From: a virus
Lineage: Duplodnaviria; Caudoviricetes
Strand: one strand, 5' to 3'
Length of the DNA: 64,000 bases
IMG/VR virus record: IMGVR_UViG_3300034093_003299
Coordinates: 1-64,000 of that record
Part shown: positions 47,101 to 56,075 of the stretch, piece by piece
Numbering within the stretch: the stretch's first letter is position 1
Layout of the letters: every line of letters starts with the position of its first letter
Position numbers and translations under genes: made by a program
The notes under the pieces: model-generated
Database searches by the model: none
Seen by the model: only the letters and a program-made list of their open reading frames with translations
What the model was told of the DNA's origin: nothing

Positions 47101-50100
47101 TTTAGCCCATTAGCAGGAAAATTATAAACACCAAGATCTACGTTTTTTTGCTTTACATCTGGTATCGCATAAGAAAAACTATTCACCCCTGAAGGCTCAG
47201 ACTTCAAAAATATAAGATTGCTGTCTCTATCTTTTTGATAAATGTTATAATAACTACACCCAGCCACCTCATTCCAATCTATTTTGATTGGTAAAAAGTT
47301 TGTTTTCTTTATTACATTAGCAGAATCAGAATAAACTATTAATTTTTCTCTCTTTAAAACTCTGAACTCATAATTTTTATCATCTAAGAAAAGAGGCAAG
47401 TTAGTTTTAAATGCCACCATAGCCAACGAGTTTGGGTTATCTAAATCTTCTGGGGTAAAATAATAAGGAGAGATAACAGAATATTGACTAGAAATGACGT
47501 CTTTAGAAAAAGCTCCTTCTTTTGACATTATTGCCCAGTCTGTTATCGAGTTCTTCTTTTTAAACTGCAAGTCGTATTCCCAGCCAGCGTTGAAGTTAGT
47601 GGAATATGGGGTAGACGCATCGCCTATCAGAACCAAATCTTTCGTATAAAAATTATATTTAATTTTTGTAATTGGAAGTCTTCTAGTACTCTCAAACAAG
47701 GCCGAGCCAGCAATTGCAGATGCAGGAGTATTTTGTTTTGTTATAGATCCATTGTCTGCCACTTCTAAAACATAATTAGATTCATAAACAGCTGCTGTTT
47801 GTTGGTTTTCTTCTTTTATGTAAATGTTATTTTCAAACAAACCATCGCTTAATGCCTTTATTGATTCTCCTAATACTGGTTTGCCTTCGTAATTTTTAGA
47901 AGTGAACGGTCCATTAGGGAAAAAGAATAATGTTGATAACGCGTCTTGAGTTTCCTCAGCGTCATCTTCGAAAAATCTTGGCTCAGAAAGATCTGAGCTT
48001 TTTCTATTTCCATAGATATTATTGTTTATTGGATTTTGGTTGAATATAGTCCACTGATGACTTTCTGAATTAACTGTTAATTTATAATCATATTTTTGTA
48101 TGTTGACCCTTACTTTTGATTCAGGTATTAAATTTGCATTAGAGTCCACTACGGAAGAATTGATTGCCGATAGTGTTTTTTTAGCATTATTTTCATTTAC
48201 TTCATAATTAAATACCGCATCAGTTAAGTCTTGTTTTATAAATTTTAAAACTACTAAATTTGAATAACCGGCAGACACATCAGCAGCTACAGCTTGCCCA
48301 CTTTGTACGTTGCTTCTTAGGAAAGATAAATCAGCAGAAGTGCTATTATATCCATACAAATGATAAGAGTAATTTTTAGTATTTTGATTAGTTATGTTAA
48401 TATTAGGAGGCGGACTTGACGCTGCGCTCCAAGCTCTGAAGCCTGGAGTGTCTGCGTAACTAAAAGTATTTCCAGTCACATACTCTGCTCTGAATAATGT
48501 GTTAGGTGCTGCATCATTATCAATGAATGAAATCGTTCCAACAGCCTCTCCCGTAGAATAAGATAAACCAGCACTTGAATTTTCTAAGAATTTTCTGAAA
48601 GAAATTTGTTCGCTATAGTCTTGCGCTGGGTAAAAATATGACTGCTTATCTTTTGCAAAACTATCCGCATCATTTGGCTCGTAAGTATGGACGCAATAAA
48701 GTTTTTCTATTTCTTCACTAGCCAAGTCTGCTCCTGACGGAATGTAGACGCCGCTTAATATAGCTTGATTTATTTTAGAAGATTCGTTTTTTCTATAAGA
48801 CTTGGTATATATTTCTCTTTCGACAAAAATTCTCGCGCCACTAGCGCCATTAGAATAAAAAGAATTGCTTACATTATTATTCGATGCCACGCCTATTTCA
48901 TTATTTACTCCTGAGATAGCTTGAGAGAACAAGGTCGGGTAATCTGATTCAGAAAAATTAGAATACACATTAAAAGACGCAACGTAGTTTTTTGTGTAAA
49001 AATAATTAATAGCTTTTAACCAAGATTCTTGATTTGTGTAATTATCTTTTGAAATTATTCCATTATTTGGTATTTCTGTGATAAGTCCATTTTGTATTTT
49101 TACACCATCTGCTGTTGATTTTTGATTGCTATAAATAGCAGAGTCTCCTTTGCAAAATCCGGTTGCGTCTACATAAAGACCATCGCAAGTAGTGTTAACT
49201 ACAGATCTGAAATATTTCTCTGATCCTTCAGGGCTCTCTTTGTCATTTCTAATGAAATAACCTAAAACCCCAAACTCATCTCCGCAAGCGGAGAAAGTTT
49301 TCACTAAACCATAATTACTTAATGGCGTTAGAACGTATTCTTCTCCTGAATTTATATAATTAGAATAAAAATCTTTTGTTACCGTTTTCTTGGGCAGGAA
49401 GAAATTTGGCAGGGCAGTCTTGTAATGCAAAATTTCGTTATTCTCTTGGGTCAATAATTTGCTATCTTCATCGTCTATTTCTGATCTAGCTTCCCATGCC
49501 GCTGATGGCTCCTCTTCCCCTTCTTCTTTCGGATCCTCCCATTGTCCATTTAGAGCCCTCAGTAAAGCATCGTTATTATCGTTAATCACTTTCGCTATTT
49601 TTTCGACATCTTCGCCTCCAGCGTCTGGGATTTTAATCTCTTGCGTGTATTTTTCTGATTCTTTAATCTGTTCTACATCAATTAAATCTTGTAAATTATC
49701 ATAACCAAATGGCAATCCATCTTCATTCACTCTTGGAAAAACATTCGTGACCTGAGCAGTTAATGGAATACTTACTGTCCCATCTCCTGTATTATAACTA
49801 GTCATTACATACCCTGAGACACTCGGCTTCTCTTTAGTGTAAAACCTTTCCAATGAAACATCTACTTTATATATATCATTAAAGTCCCCAGTAGATTGTA
49901 ATGTAAATTTAAATAAATTATCGTTTTTGCTTATCTTAAAGCCTGTTAAAGTAAGATCATCAATAGCTCTTTGTTCTATTTTATCATTTTCGTAAATGTC
50001 TTTAAATCCACTTTTAGTGAATGACAATTCCGCTATATTTTCAAAAGAATAAACTATTTGCCCATCTACGACTCCTGAAACCTCGTCCCTATACTTAGAG

Positions 50101-50843
50101 TAATCTATTATAGCTTTTCCATCTGCTGTTAATTCTGCAAAATCATAAATCCCCAAAGGCTCGCTTGCTCTAGATACTCTATATTTTAGAGACGTTTGAT
50201 TTTCCAGCTGGAATGGGATTTCAAAAATAGAATGATCTTCTACTATTGAATTAGCGCTGTCATCATATAAAAATTTATATCTTAGAGTTACTTCGTTCTT
50301 GTAGCCAGTAGATCCCACATCAGAATATGTGTAAATTTCATCAGTATTTGCATAATTTACAGATATATTAGTTTTAACCCAATCTTCTCCAGATACAGTT
50401 AATATATTATTATTAGTGGCATTTGATTTAGTTAGCCCAGTGATTTCATATCTCCGATACAGATTTCCAGAATAATCCATATCTGGCATGATTATATTCG
50501 GGCTATAGCCAGAGACAAATCTGTCAGTTATCTCAAACTCTTTTATATAATCATAACCATCTAAACCCAATAAACCTTCTGTTAAGAAAAATCTAGCTTT
50601 GGCAGCCTTTCCATCAAAATTAAATGTTGAAAATTTCTTACCTGTTACCGGAGCCTTATAAGAAACAATGTCTTCTAATAATGGCGTTGGTATAGAATAA
50701 CCATTTTCACTATGATTAGGATTTTGAAAAATAGAAACCCATAGCCCATAAGTATATTTAGAAAAATCTGGAGTTACTACAGAAGGCCCGATATTGGCTA
50801 AAACTGTAGTAATAAAATTTTTGTTTTGAATTTCTGTACTCAT
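41145..50843 (-). CDS. Giant 3232-aa virion-type protein with an FN3-like segment and degenerate repeated beta-modules
   Basis: 9.7-kb uninterrupted ORF; IKIDWNEVAGCSYYNIYQ segment; recurrent (F/I)xxN-x-S/T strand motifs. Confidence 0.65.
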   Translation of the reverse strand: MSTEIQNKNFITTVLANIGPSVVTPDFSKYTYGLWVSIFQNPNHSENGYSIPTPLLEDIVSYKAPVTGKKFSTFNFDGKAAKARFFLTEGLLGLDGYDYIKEFEITDRFVSGYSPNIIMPDMDYSGNLYRRYEITGLTKSNATNNNILTVSGEDWVKTNISVNYANTDEIYTYSDVGSTGYKNEVTLRYKFLYDDSANSIVEDHSIFEIPFQLENQTSLKYRVSRASEPLGIYDFAELTADGKAIIDYSKYRDEVSGVVDGQIVYSFENIAELSFTKSGFKDIYENDKIEQRAIDDLTLTGFKISKNDNLFKFTLQSTGDFNDIYKVDVSLERFYTKEKPSVSGYVMTSYNTGDGTVSIPLTAQVTNVFPRVNEDGLPFGYDNLQDLIDVEQIKESEKYTQEIKIPDAGGEDVEKIAKVINDNNDALLRALNGQWEDPKEEGEEEPSAAWEARSEIDDEDSKLLTQENNEILHYKTALPNFFLPKKTVTKDFYSNYINSGEEYVLTPLSNYGLVKTFSACGDEFGVLGYFIRNDKESPEGSEKYFRSVVNTTCDGLYVDATGFCKGDSAIYSNQKSTADGVKIQNGLITEIPNNGIISKDNYTNQESWLKAINYFYTKNYVASFNVYSNFSESDYPTLFSQAISGVNNEIGVASNNNVSNSFYSNGASGARIFVEREIYTKSYRKNESSKINQAILSGVYIPSGADLASEEIEKLYCVHTYEPNDADSFAKDKQSYFYPAQDYSEQISFRKFLENSSAGLSYSTGEAVGTISFIDNDAAPNTLFRAEYVTGNTFSYADTPGFRAWSAASSPPPNINITNQNTKNYSYHLYGYNSTSADLSFLRSNVQSGQAVAADVSAGYSNLVVLKFIKQDLTDAVFNYEVNENNAKKTLSAINSSVVDSNANLIPESKVRVNIQKYDYKLTVNSESHQWTIFNQNPINNNIYGNRKSSDLSEPRFFEDDAEETQDALSTLFFFPNGPFTSKNYEGKPVLGESIKALSDGLFENNIYIKEENQQTAAVYESNYVLEVADNGSITKQNTPASAIAGSALFESTRRLPITKIKYNFYTKDLVLIGDASTPYSTNFNAGWEYDLQFKKKNSITDWAIMSKEGAFSKDVISSQYSVISPYYFTPEDLDNPNSLAMVAFKTNLPLFLDDKNYEFRVLKREKLIVYSDSANVIKKTNFLPIKIDWNEVAGCSYYNIYQKDRDSNLIFLKSEPSGVNSFSYAIPDVKQKNVDLGVYNFPANGLNYYDIVVSGIKPSVTKTQETLTNEYGFEIGNSDFSENKITKFSQTASYTPVSVSPPIYSQLLNFNNPESKTSNFEINQNYNNYYFVTDKKDATLVNIPSSFESYVLNTGNANCSVGSSSISSNHYAKISSNGTVTSAAAASLPSYSFDLIDAEDKDCVYLSSHLTILNSTNITSKTLTIVNDSNSSINITFGSSGPVESIAANESEQLTFNDDGTNKTITSNKTYSNIIAQDSEIYYPKDGFVNLNHTTGTFSTADDFTDLPIYNFSKEDLVMNGLTLKADSFNYVDWIGATATASKDQKDYFDDLKVYLRGNENNQDSIKLLKDDYEIILSQFSTILGTTKEYFFLKDESINRSLNIKITNGGSTQLISKQNQDFKLTVNRTNKSIITYSIIYPSGSPTFQISNSTEQLVLLKGDLIQYVDLKSLDSGLKKESFIYFVNKNSASVYFYRHTRENVVYTLTQNQIARGTLQTSGSTNNVRLEILNDTLSHFYFNVDSTLIPSTINILDLNFCCTSISLPPAADLASKDLFLICRNRFIPNKIDKQKIKDKGSIISTESDPSTSEINEIGDLASNSISLRVFRDGNDSLPTVERTSFLEKSFRGSSIDTQDFTTTEDSFKCFYIRNKNIDTFTIKDFYNRKTEFKGKIFLPTSSQSLVVQSFDSVDGNNLFRIRERDSVDFDYSPDDYVNGRLQVKKTDEPDAKIYSKESEAGSTTRSFPNALATDQILINFSYDTVTVSVNSSTKTLVKNRLVKNSLGDFIFPVYNKKEFFIALTNSSRTNTGVNGGTRFYYIIKANEVDIESIILPDSTVTTDFVIKNDSGRPYQVKTLSGQNVYSLLPNDQKLFIYTGAPYTVTTDTVDFDDLSVINPPTSIRSANQYLDLEFEHPLASFWSFKSSEFVINSIDKDLTGESGDEASVLITNNDTPTDYTIFDIYSSVPVSSSPTIYCYGRKPVNLNTLADKKYIVNDFYLFVKYGGWIINREQFYIAPGTSEILNENVYDLNIIDKNHNDLTKFFTTENEIAALPNVIFIPIVNYASKFYLPNLKSEIKNNDGDLVKISTLMVGKKIVFVNLTKSDSSDPNSIYNYYLSATTNLLDINSLALYSVSGENWAQGVSNLPVVKPVIPTAKNLKGISDTSTTEITGGKEFLYLPNFNRFYVDLDSFEDKSFRDFYVFNPCKYRIYIGSTNSLLSNGALTRVTRDATTSNLFTGTSLDLNGSSIFSVTTLQYEANRAPEILADEVNKAFPKLKPGSKIKIIYIVGTTTETRLFEYPSNGTATEIEIKDRDYGVLDLQDLLQYSSSSKLFVYGSSQVNEAGGYFDNYYVKLLNATKLGVEKFYIYNNTPYFLKIFFDSETQKSLDVPPKVFAEITDSALNFLGTYEKGKYYVSKNSPNINYIIKTDLKIYINGLLDYVNFKGDLEKENQEENILITSVVKDEEAISYSYWSAEQFFYNDVFDNFRIISMPTLADMDLSKSQNIKNIVKPVYSISSAGHYLLNDNNNDLSVTPPATYGPQIFLINNCPRDIFITVLGQESRRRKVYRNSVLVIQRGQTGDLEFKYLKKAKSRDEFYCVFNPNTVISTQREIALVFGIIRNEDLIPIVDDNEIEQKSYIKLLSKDGSSSKINLALRNYYNGKDIPTDSAPDVVGYEVGIGHETIYRFLFFDPSISTYTLPGIQKGVKYQVSINKGFFDNVNISTDTAFTNAEETPFVKYNGEIFAKDGGTFTGGDVSVYEIKYPNFVTVYKVVEDIDKSFPILKPTDKGEEGGVDPSITEEENVSASGLDLFKAAILEQYRTLSQSIISWIPKGQSAFWLNSNYSDDWWVVDKADNAQTLTIATDTNKTITFTKCEIKKTGLKTILFEFAYSYYSALQTVKQMPDSQQLVIGLDSDLAPDQIKEIKRSLGQERAANDRDTLFPEKEIQVGGFLVDSLFSVEGAKDNQITSSIVDESDLNVNITISKIKDMPDISFEDFSKSSVIKIINRK

Positions 50844-50844
50844 A

Positions 50845-53800
50845 TTATTGTCTTCCTACCATATTAGGACTTATGGGGACAGACTGATCGCTTCCATTAT
50901 CATAAGAGTTTCTCATCAGGTCTTCAAACAAATAGTCTCCTATGGCCGAATCATAGCCCCCAGCAGAACTAATACCGTCAAGTCCCGCTTGTATTATAGC
51001 TTGCACTTGTCCTGGGTGCATTTCTGATCCTCTATTTATAAAACCATTGCACATAGCTCGTAAATAATATTCCATTTGAATATAGTGATCAGAATACATT
51101 ACAGTGTTTTTGGATACTTTAGGTATAAGTTTTACAAAATAAAATCTAGGATAGCAGCACCCGAATGGCTTTTGATTTTGCCAAAAGCCTCCATTATCCA
51201 TAGAAACATCTCCAGCAATTCCTCTAGGGCATTGTATTCCAGCCATAGTGTGGCAAAGATAATTTATTAAAGCATTTTCATCGGTTCTATAAAGCTCTAC
51301 ATTAGATTTTGAGTATTTTATAAAATCTTGTAATTTATTACTTAACCTTCCCTGCGGAACATCAGAAGCGCTTCCCAGTGCGATTGATGGATCTACATTT
51401 TTTCCTGTATTTTGCAAACGGTTATCTATTATTACTTTAATAACATCTGAGGCGGGATCATAAGGATTTAATCTAACTATTGATTTAATCTTGTAAGGCG
51501 GTCTGTAAATTGGACAACTAGCTGCGAAATTACTTGGATAATCTAAATTGCCTCTCCAATCTCCATATTGAGGTTTAGTATTTGCTCCTTCTATATAATT
51601 GTAAGCGGACGGTGCTTCAACTATAAGTGGCAAATCGTTTGGGTTGGTAGAAACATTTGCCAAAGCTCGCTTAACATTTTTAGACGTTCCACTCATTGGC
51701 TCAAGAGATCCGCTTGCGGTTAAGCATCGAGCATTTAAAGCCCCCATAATGTCTCCGTACATCGAAGGCTTCCAGTAAGAGCTATTTGACCAATGATATA
51801 AATTATAAGTCATAAACATTGTCCATTCATTGCTTATGTTTCCAGAAGGCTTTTGTTTTATTCCATCAATTAATATTTCTTCCTTGTCTACTCCTTGAAT
51901 TAAATTTGATGCAGTTATCCCGTCTAAATCATAAACCCCAATCGTTCCTGAACTATAAGCAGACACAAAATAATAATCTCCACCTTGGAACGTCGATGCG
52001 TGTTTTAGTATTTTTATTTTATTATTAAAAACATAAGACAAGGTAGAAGACGCTCTAACCTTGGAGTCTAGTTCTATAACTATATACCATTTATTTTTTA
52101 TAATAGGAACAAAAGTTTCTGCTTTAGAGCCTCTTATTGATCTATTCCCTACTTCAGTTATAGACGGCCCCATATGCCTAAATATGTCTACTCCAGTATT
52201 TTTCATGCCCATTGCATATCTATTAAAATAAAGCACAGAATCTCCATTAGCGTCTATTTCATAATCAAGAAGAGCTGTTCTGTCTGCCATTCTTACGTTA
52301 CTTGAAATAGATTTTCTAGCAGATTCGTATACCGGATTTGCGCTTACGTAAGCATCATTTTGGTATAGAGTTTTTTTTCTAAAATTATATACAACCGCAT
52401 ATCTACTATAATTTGTGAAGACTGTTTTAGATGTGTCTACGTTAAAATGCCCAACTGGGTCCATTTGCCCAGCGTCTGATCCAGCTCCTTCTGTTGTCGC
52501 CACTCTCATCATTACATAAGCATCAGCCGCGCTTGGTTTCATTTCCAAAACATGAGCGAATTGAATAAATATAGAAAAAGAATTTTGAGTTGTAGTTATC
52601 CTTTTCCCAAGCTGAAGCCTTCCAAAATTATTGTAAGCAGGGTTTTGAATTCCTTCAGATCCCCTCACTTTGAAAGAAACGTTTCCTTTCACTGGATAAA
52701 CAAAGTAATGTATTTTATTAAATTGATAAATTCTATATTGTTCGCCCAAGTTGACAGAAACATTGTTCACATTTCCAGTTCTATTACTTATTAAATATTT
52801 ATCATTTCCATTGATGGGAATTGATTCGTATATTTGTCCATTGACATAAACATCTATAAATAATCCAGAAAGCAAAATCCCATCTGAATCAGTGTAATTA
52901 GATGCTATATCTGATGTTTGAATAAATATAGCTGACAAGCAAAACCGGTTATTCGACCCAGTCGGGTTAGTATTAAACGATCTTAACTCTTTGCCATTGT
53001 CTTGTCCTTTGAACAAGAACGCATCGCTTGCATTTGTTTGTACAGAATATAGCCCTGATCGAGTATCTAAATAAGCATTATCATATTTTGCGGTCCAAAT
53101 AAAACTGCCCGGGCCTTCTGGGAAAAGCTCTGGATAACCAAAAGAATCGTATTTTATTTTTTTATTTCCTAAGTTATCTATTTTTACTTTGCCATTAGAA
53201 TCTAATTCATATTTCGGTCTAGAGTAGTTAGGGGCAAGAAGAAATTGTTTAGAAAAGAATTTTTCAAAATCAAATCCATAAGTAGCTACGTTTTTTCCTT
53301 TTATGGAATGCTTTGCTCTTTGGTCTTCTGTTCCTCTAAAAAAACTTAAATAATAAAAAATTGCCTGCTCGATTTGATCTTTTGAAGCGTTCTTTTTTCT
53401 GAATACGCCCCCTTTTCCCTCTGGATCTGGCACGTAACTTGGAGCATATCTTCCAGCAGATATTGCTTCTGTAACATATCTTAAATGTCTTCTTGCCGCT
53501 GAGCAAATACCTAGAGAAGCTAGTTCTAAAGTTTTAGTGCCCTGCGCCCCTCCTCTATCTAAATATCTATAGCTAGATTCAAAAGCTAAGCATCCTCTTT
53601 GTATTTCTGAATCACTCCAAACCATATTAAGATTAGGGTCTCCATTAATTTTAGCCGGCATGTTAGTTGGAGGAGCCAGCTCCAAGCCAGATAACCGTAT
53701 TGGTTCTGACCAATAGCCATGGACGCCATCTTTGGTATCGTCTTTAGTGCCGTTCGCCTGTGTTATCCTAGTCGCTCTGCCGAATATCCAAGCCATGAAC

Positions 53801-54105
53801 GGATTCGCCACATTCGCGCCTTCAGCTTCTCCAGCTTGAGCCTCTGGCCATCCAAATTTACCGTAAGTCATCTTCGGCTCTAAATTAGCATAAAATTTAA
53901 ACCATTCGTCTTGAGCTGGAAAATTGCTCTCTTGAGGATTCCTGACGCCTCTAAACATGGAGAACGCGTAGTAGAATATTCTCCAAGAACAATCTCCTAG
54001 ACCAGAAAGAATTTTTTCATTGAAAGCTTCCGCCAAAAGATTATGATGCTCGTAATCAGTTCGTTGATTTATTTTTACTTTTTTAGCTAAAGGAAGGTTT
54101 GGCAT
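50845..54105 (-). CDS. Large virion structural protein (1086 aa)
   Basis: Long ORF in the coupled structural run; no specific family recognised. Confidence 0.6.
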   Translation of the reverse strand: MPNLPLAKKVKINQRTDYEHHNLLAEAFNEKILSGLGDCSWRIFYYAFSMFRGVRNPQESNFPAQDEWFKFYANLEPKMTYGKFGWPEAQAGEAEGANVANPFMAWIFGRATRITQANGTKDDTKDGVHGYWSEPIRLSGLELAPPTNMPAKINGDPNLNMVWSDSEIQRGCLAFESSYRYLDRGGAQGTKTLELASLGICSAARRHLRYVTEAISAGRYAPSYVPDPEGKGGVFRKKNASKDQIEQAIFYYLSFFRGTEDQRAKHSIKGKNVATYGFDFEKFFSKQFLLAPNYSRPKYELDSNGKVKIDNLGNKKIKYDSFGYPELFPEGPGSFIWTAKYDNAYLDTRSGLYSVQTNASDAFLFKGQDNGKELRSFNTNPTGSNNRFCLSAIFIQTSDIASNYTDSDGILLSGLFIDVYVNGQIYESIPINGNDKYLISNRTGNVNNVSVNLGEQYRIYQFNKIHYFVYPVKGNVSFKVRGSEGIQNPAYNNFGRLQLGKRITTTQNSFSIFIQFAHVLEMKPSAADAYVMMRVATTEGAGSDAGQMDPVGHFNVDTSKTVFTNYSRYAVVYNFRKKTLYQNDAYVSANPVYESARKSISSNVRMADRTALLDYEIDANGDSVLYFNRYAMGMKNTGVDIFRHMGPSITEVGNRSIRGSKAETFVPIIKNKWYIVIELDSKVRASSTLSYVFNNKIKILKHASTFQGGDYYFVSAYSSGTIGVYDLDGITASNLIQGVDKEEILIDGIKQKPSGNISNEWTMFMTYNLYHWSNSSYWKPSMYGDIMGALNARCLTASGSLEPMSGTSKNVKRALANVSTNPNDLPLIVEAPSAYNYIEGANTKPQYGDWRGNLDYPSNFAASCPIYRPPYKIKSIVRLNPYDPASDVIKVIIDNRLQNTGKNVDPSIALGSASDVPQGRLSNKLQDFIKYSKSNVELYRTDENALINYLCHTMAGIQCPRGIAGDVSMDNGGFWQNQKPFGCCYPRFYFVKLIPKVSKNTVMYSDHYIQMEYYLRAMCNGFINRGSEMHPGQVQAIIQAGLDGISSAGGYDSAIGDYLFEDLMRNSYDNGSDQSVPISPNMVGRQ

Positions 54106-54108
54106 AAG

Positions 54109-54690
54109 TCAACTCCATACCCCTACTCCGCCGCCTCCTCCAGATTGAGATTTCAAAGTTCTTCCGGCCATATTAGAGTCTCTGTAAACTAAAAAATTTA
54201 CTCCAGCACTTGGTTTGCCTCTTATCGGTCCTTGCCTTAATGCAACTGCTTTTCCATTAATTGTTGGCACTTGCCTTCCGTTCGCCGCATCATTACCATT
54301 AACAGACTCGACTGAGACAGAAACCCTTAGCCTTTCTCCATATTGATAATCACTAGATAGATTTCCTTTTTGAGATTTAAATGTAGAAGGCATCCTAACT
54401 AATGTAAAACGCAAAGTCTTTTTAAAATTCTCTTTTACATTAATAATTTGAGATGTAAAAGCTATATTTAAATTATCAGGAATATTCTGGCATAGAATGT
54501 ATCCAGCATTATAATTCAAAAAGTCACCATCGAACAAGCTGAGGGCTTGCGCTCCTATATGAGAAACTACCATTTGTTTGAGTTCCGCATTCACCTTTAA
54601 TCCAGTTGCGATACTGGAGTTCGATCCATTCCATGTCGCCACAAAAAGGTAAGCGTCTGATGGTGATAAATTTTTTTGTCTAATTGCCAT
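54109..54690 (-). CDS. Putative tail/baseplate protein (193 aa), Gly-rich C-terminus
   Basis: Ends SQSGGGGGVGVWS; assigned from operon context. Confidence 0.5.
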   Translation of the reverse strand: MAIRQKNLSPSDAYLFVATWNGSNSSIATGLKVNAELKQMVVSHIGAQALSLFDGDFLNYNAGYILCQNIPDNLNIAFTSQIINVKENFKKTLRFTLVRMPSTFKSQKGNLSSDYQYGERLRVSVSVESVNGNDAANGRQVPTINGKAVALRQGPIRGKPSAGVNFLVYRDSNMAGRTLKSQSGGGGGVGVWS

Positions 54691-56075
54691 TATTTAACTC
54701 CTGTTATATATCTTTCTATGATGTTGTTGTTTATTCCGCTTAAGGTTAATTTAGCCACTAGTGGTTCTTCATCGAATTTGGTATCGTAAGTTACTAGCAC
54801 TGATATAGAAGAAGAGTCATAAATTGAAACTCCGGTTTTAACATATCCAGCAGATCCAGATGTAAAAGCATTATCTCGATAATTTATTAAATTTGTTCCG
54901 ATACCTGTAGATAAATTGAAAAATCCAGTAACACTTTTTGTATAGAATGATGTCGTTGCTATCCCAGAAGCCAAGCTAGGATTAAAATTATTTAAAATGC
55001 CAGTACCTCCAGAGAAAATGATTGTAGGGGCAGAAGTGTATCCAGATCCAAAATAAGACATATCCACATCGACTACAGAGTCGTATGTAATGCTATCTAC
55101 TCCCAACAAAGCCTGCCCAGAAGCAGCCACAGAAGCTCCTCCTCCACTGAAAATAACCGTTGGAGTAGAAAGATACCCATTGCCCCCGCTTGTTATTGTT
55201 ACATCGCTTACCATTCCCATATAGCCTGTGATTCCTGAAAAATAAGTAAGAGAAATACTAATCGGCAATGAAGCCGGCACTAGTTCTGATCTATTGGTTT
55301 CATATCCATAATTAAGAACCAGCGACCCGACTTTTGAAACGCCACTTGTAAAAGTCTCTTGGGTTATAGAGTTCAAAGTATCCGAGCCTTCGTCTACGCT
55401 AAAAATATAATTTATAAATGGAACGTCTACTCCAGTTACCCTTAATTGATTGTCGTAATCACCAGCACTTGTACTTAAAGTATAGTCAGATATAAAGTCT
55501 CCTAAAGCAGGGTAATTTTGTTGTATTAAAACTTGTTGGCTTGACGAAGCCTTTACTAGCTGTGTCGGTATACTATAAAAAGAAAACGTAGAGTCAGAAT
55601 CAAAAGACCCTGAAAAAATCTTAACCCCGCTCGCAGAATTAGAAGAAAGAGTTCCGGTTATATAAGATCCCGTTATGAAAGTCTGATTAGTGGATAACGT
55701 TAAAGATGGCTTTTCAGATTTTATTTGTATTGATGAGTCCAAGACACACCCAGTTAAATTAACAAAAAATCTTTCCGCATAAAAATCATCTTTTGCGCCA
55801 GACTTAACTATTAGATCGCCATTTATAGAATAATCGTACGCTGTTCCAGAAAAATTTGTATTTATATTTATTTGATTATCTGGCAAGTACGAGCCACAAT
55901 ATCTTTTTTCGTTATCTAATATTTTCCCACTTACAAACGATATCTTATAAGTTTTATTTTGTCCACTGAACCCAATATCACAAACACCCGTGCATGAGTC
56001 AAAAGACAAACCAAAGTCTGCTGAAAAACGATTTTCTCTAAGTACGCTTCTGAATGTGTTGCCGGAAATAATCAT
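54690..56075 (-). CDS. Virion protein with two V..V.I...G.GY...PT..FSGG repeats
   Basis: VSDVTITSGGNGYLSTPTVIFSGG and VVDVDMSYFGSGYTSAPTIIFSGG. Confidence 0.65.
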   Translation of the reverse strand: MIISGNTFRSVLRENRFSADFGLSFDSCTGVCDIGFSGQNKTYKISFVSGKILDNEKRYCGSYLPDNQININTNFSGTAYDYSINGDLIVKSGAKDDFYAERFFVNLTGCVLDSSIQIKSEKPSLTLSTNQTFITGSYITGTLSSNSASGVKIFSGSFDSDSTFSFYSIPTQLVKASSSQQVLIQQNYPALGDFISDYTLSTSAGDYDNQLRVTGVDVPFINYIFSVDEGSDTLNSITQETFTSGVSKVGSLVLNYGYETNRSELVPASLPISISLTYFSGITGYMGMVSDVTITSGGNGYLSTPTVIFSGGGASVAASGQALLGVDSITYDSVVDVDMSYFGSGYTSAPTIIFSGGTGILNNFNPSLASGIATTSFYTKSVTGFFNLSTGIGTNLINYRDNAFTSGSAGYVKTGVSIYDSSSISVLVTYDTKFDEEPLVAKLTLSGINNNIIERYITGVK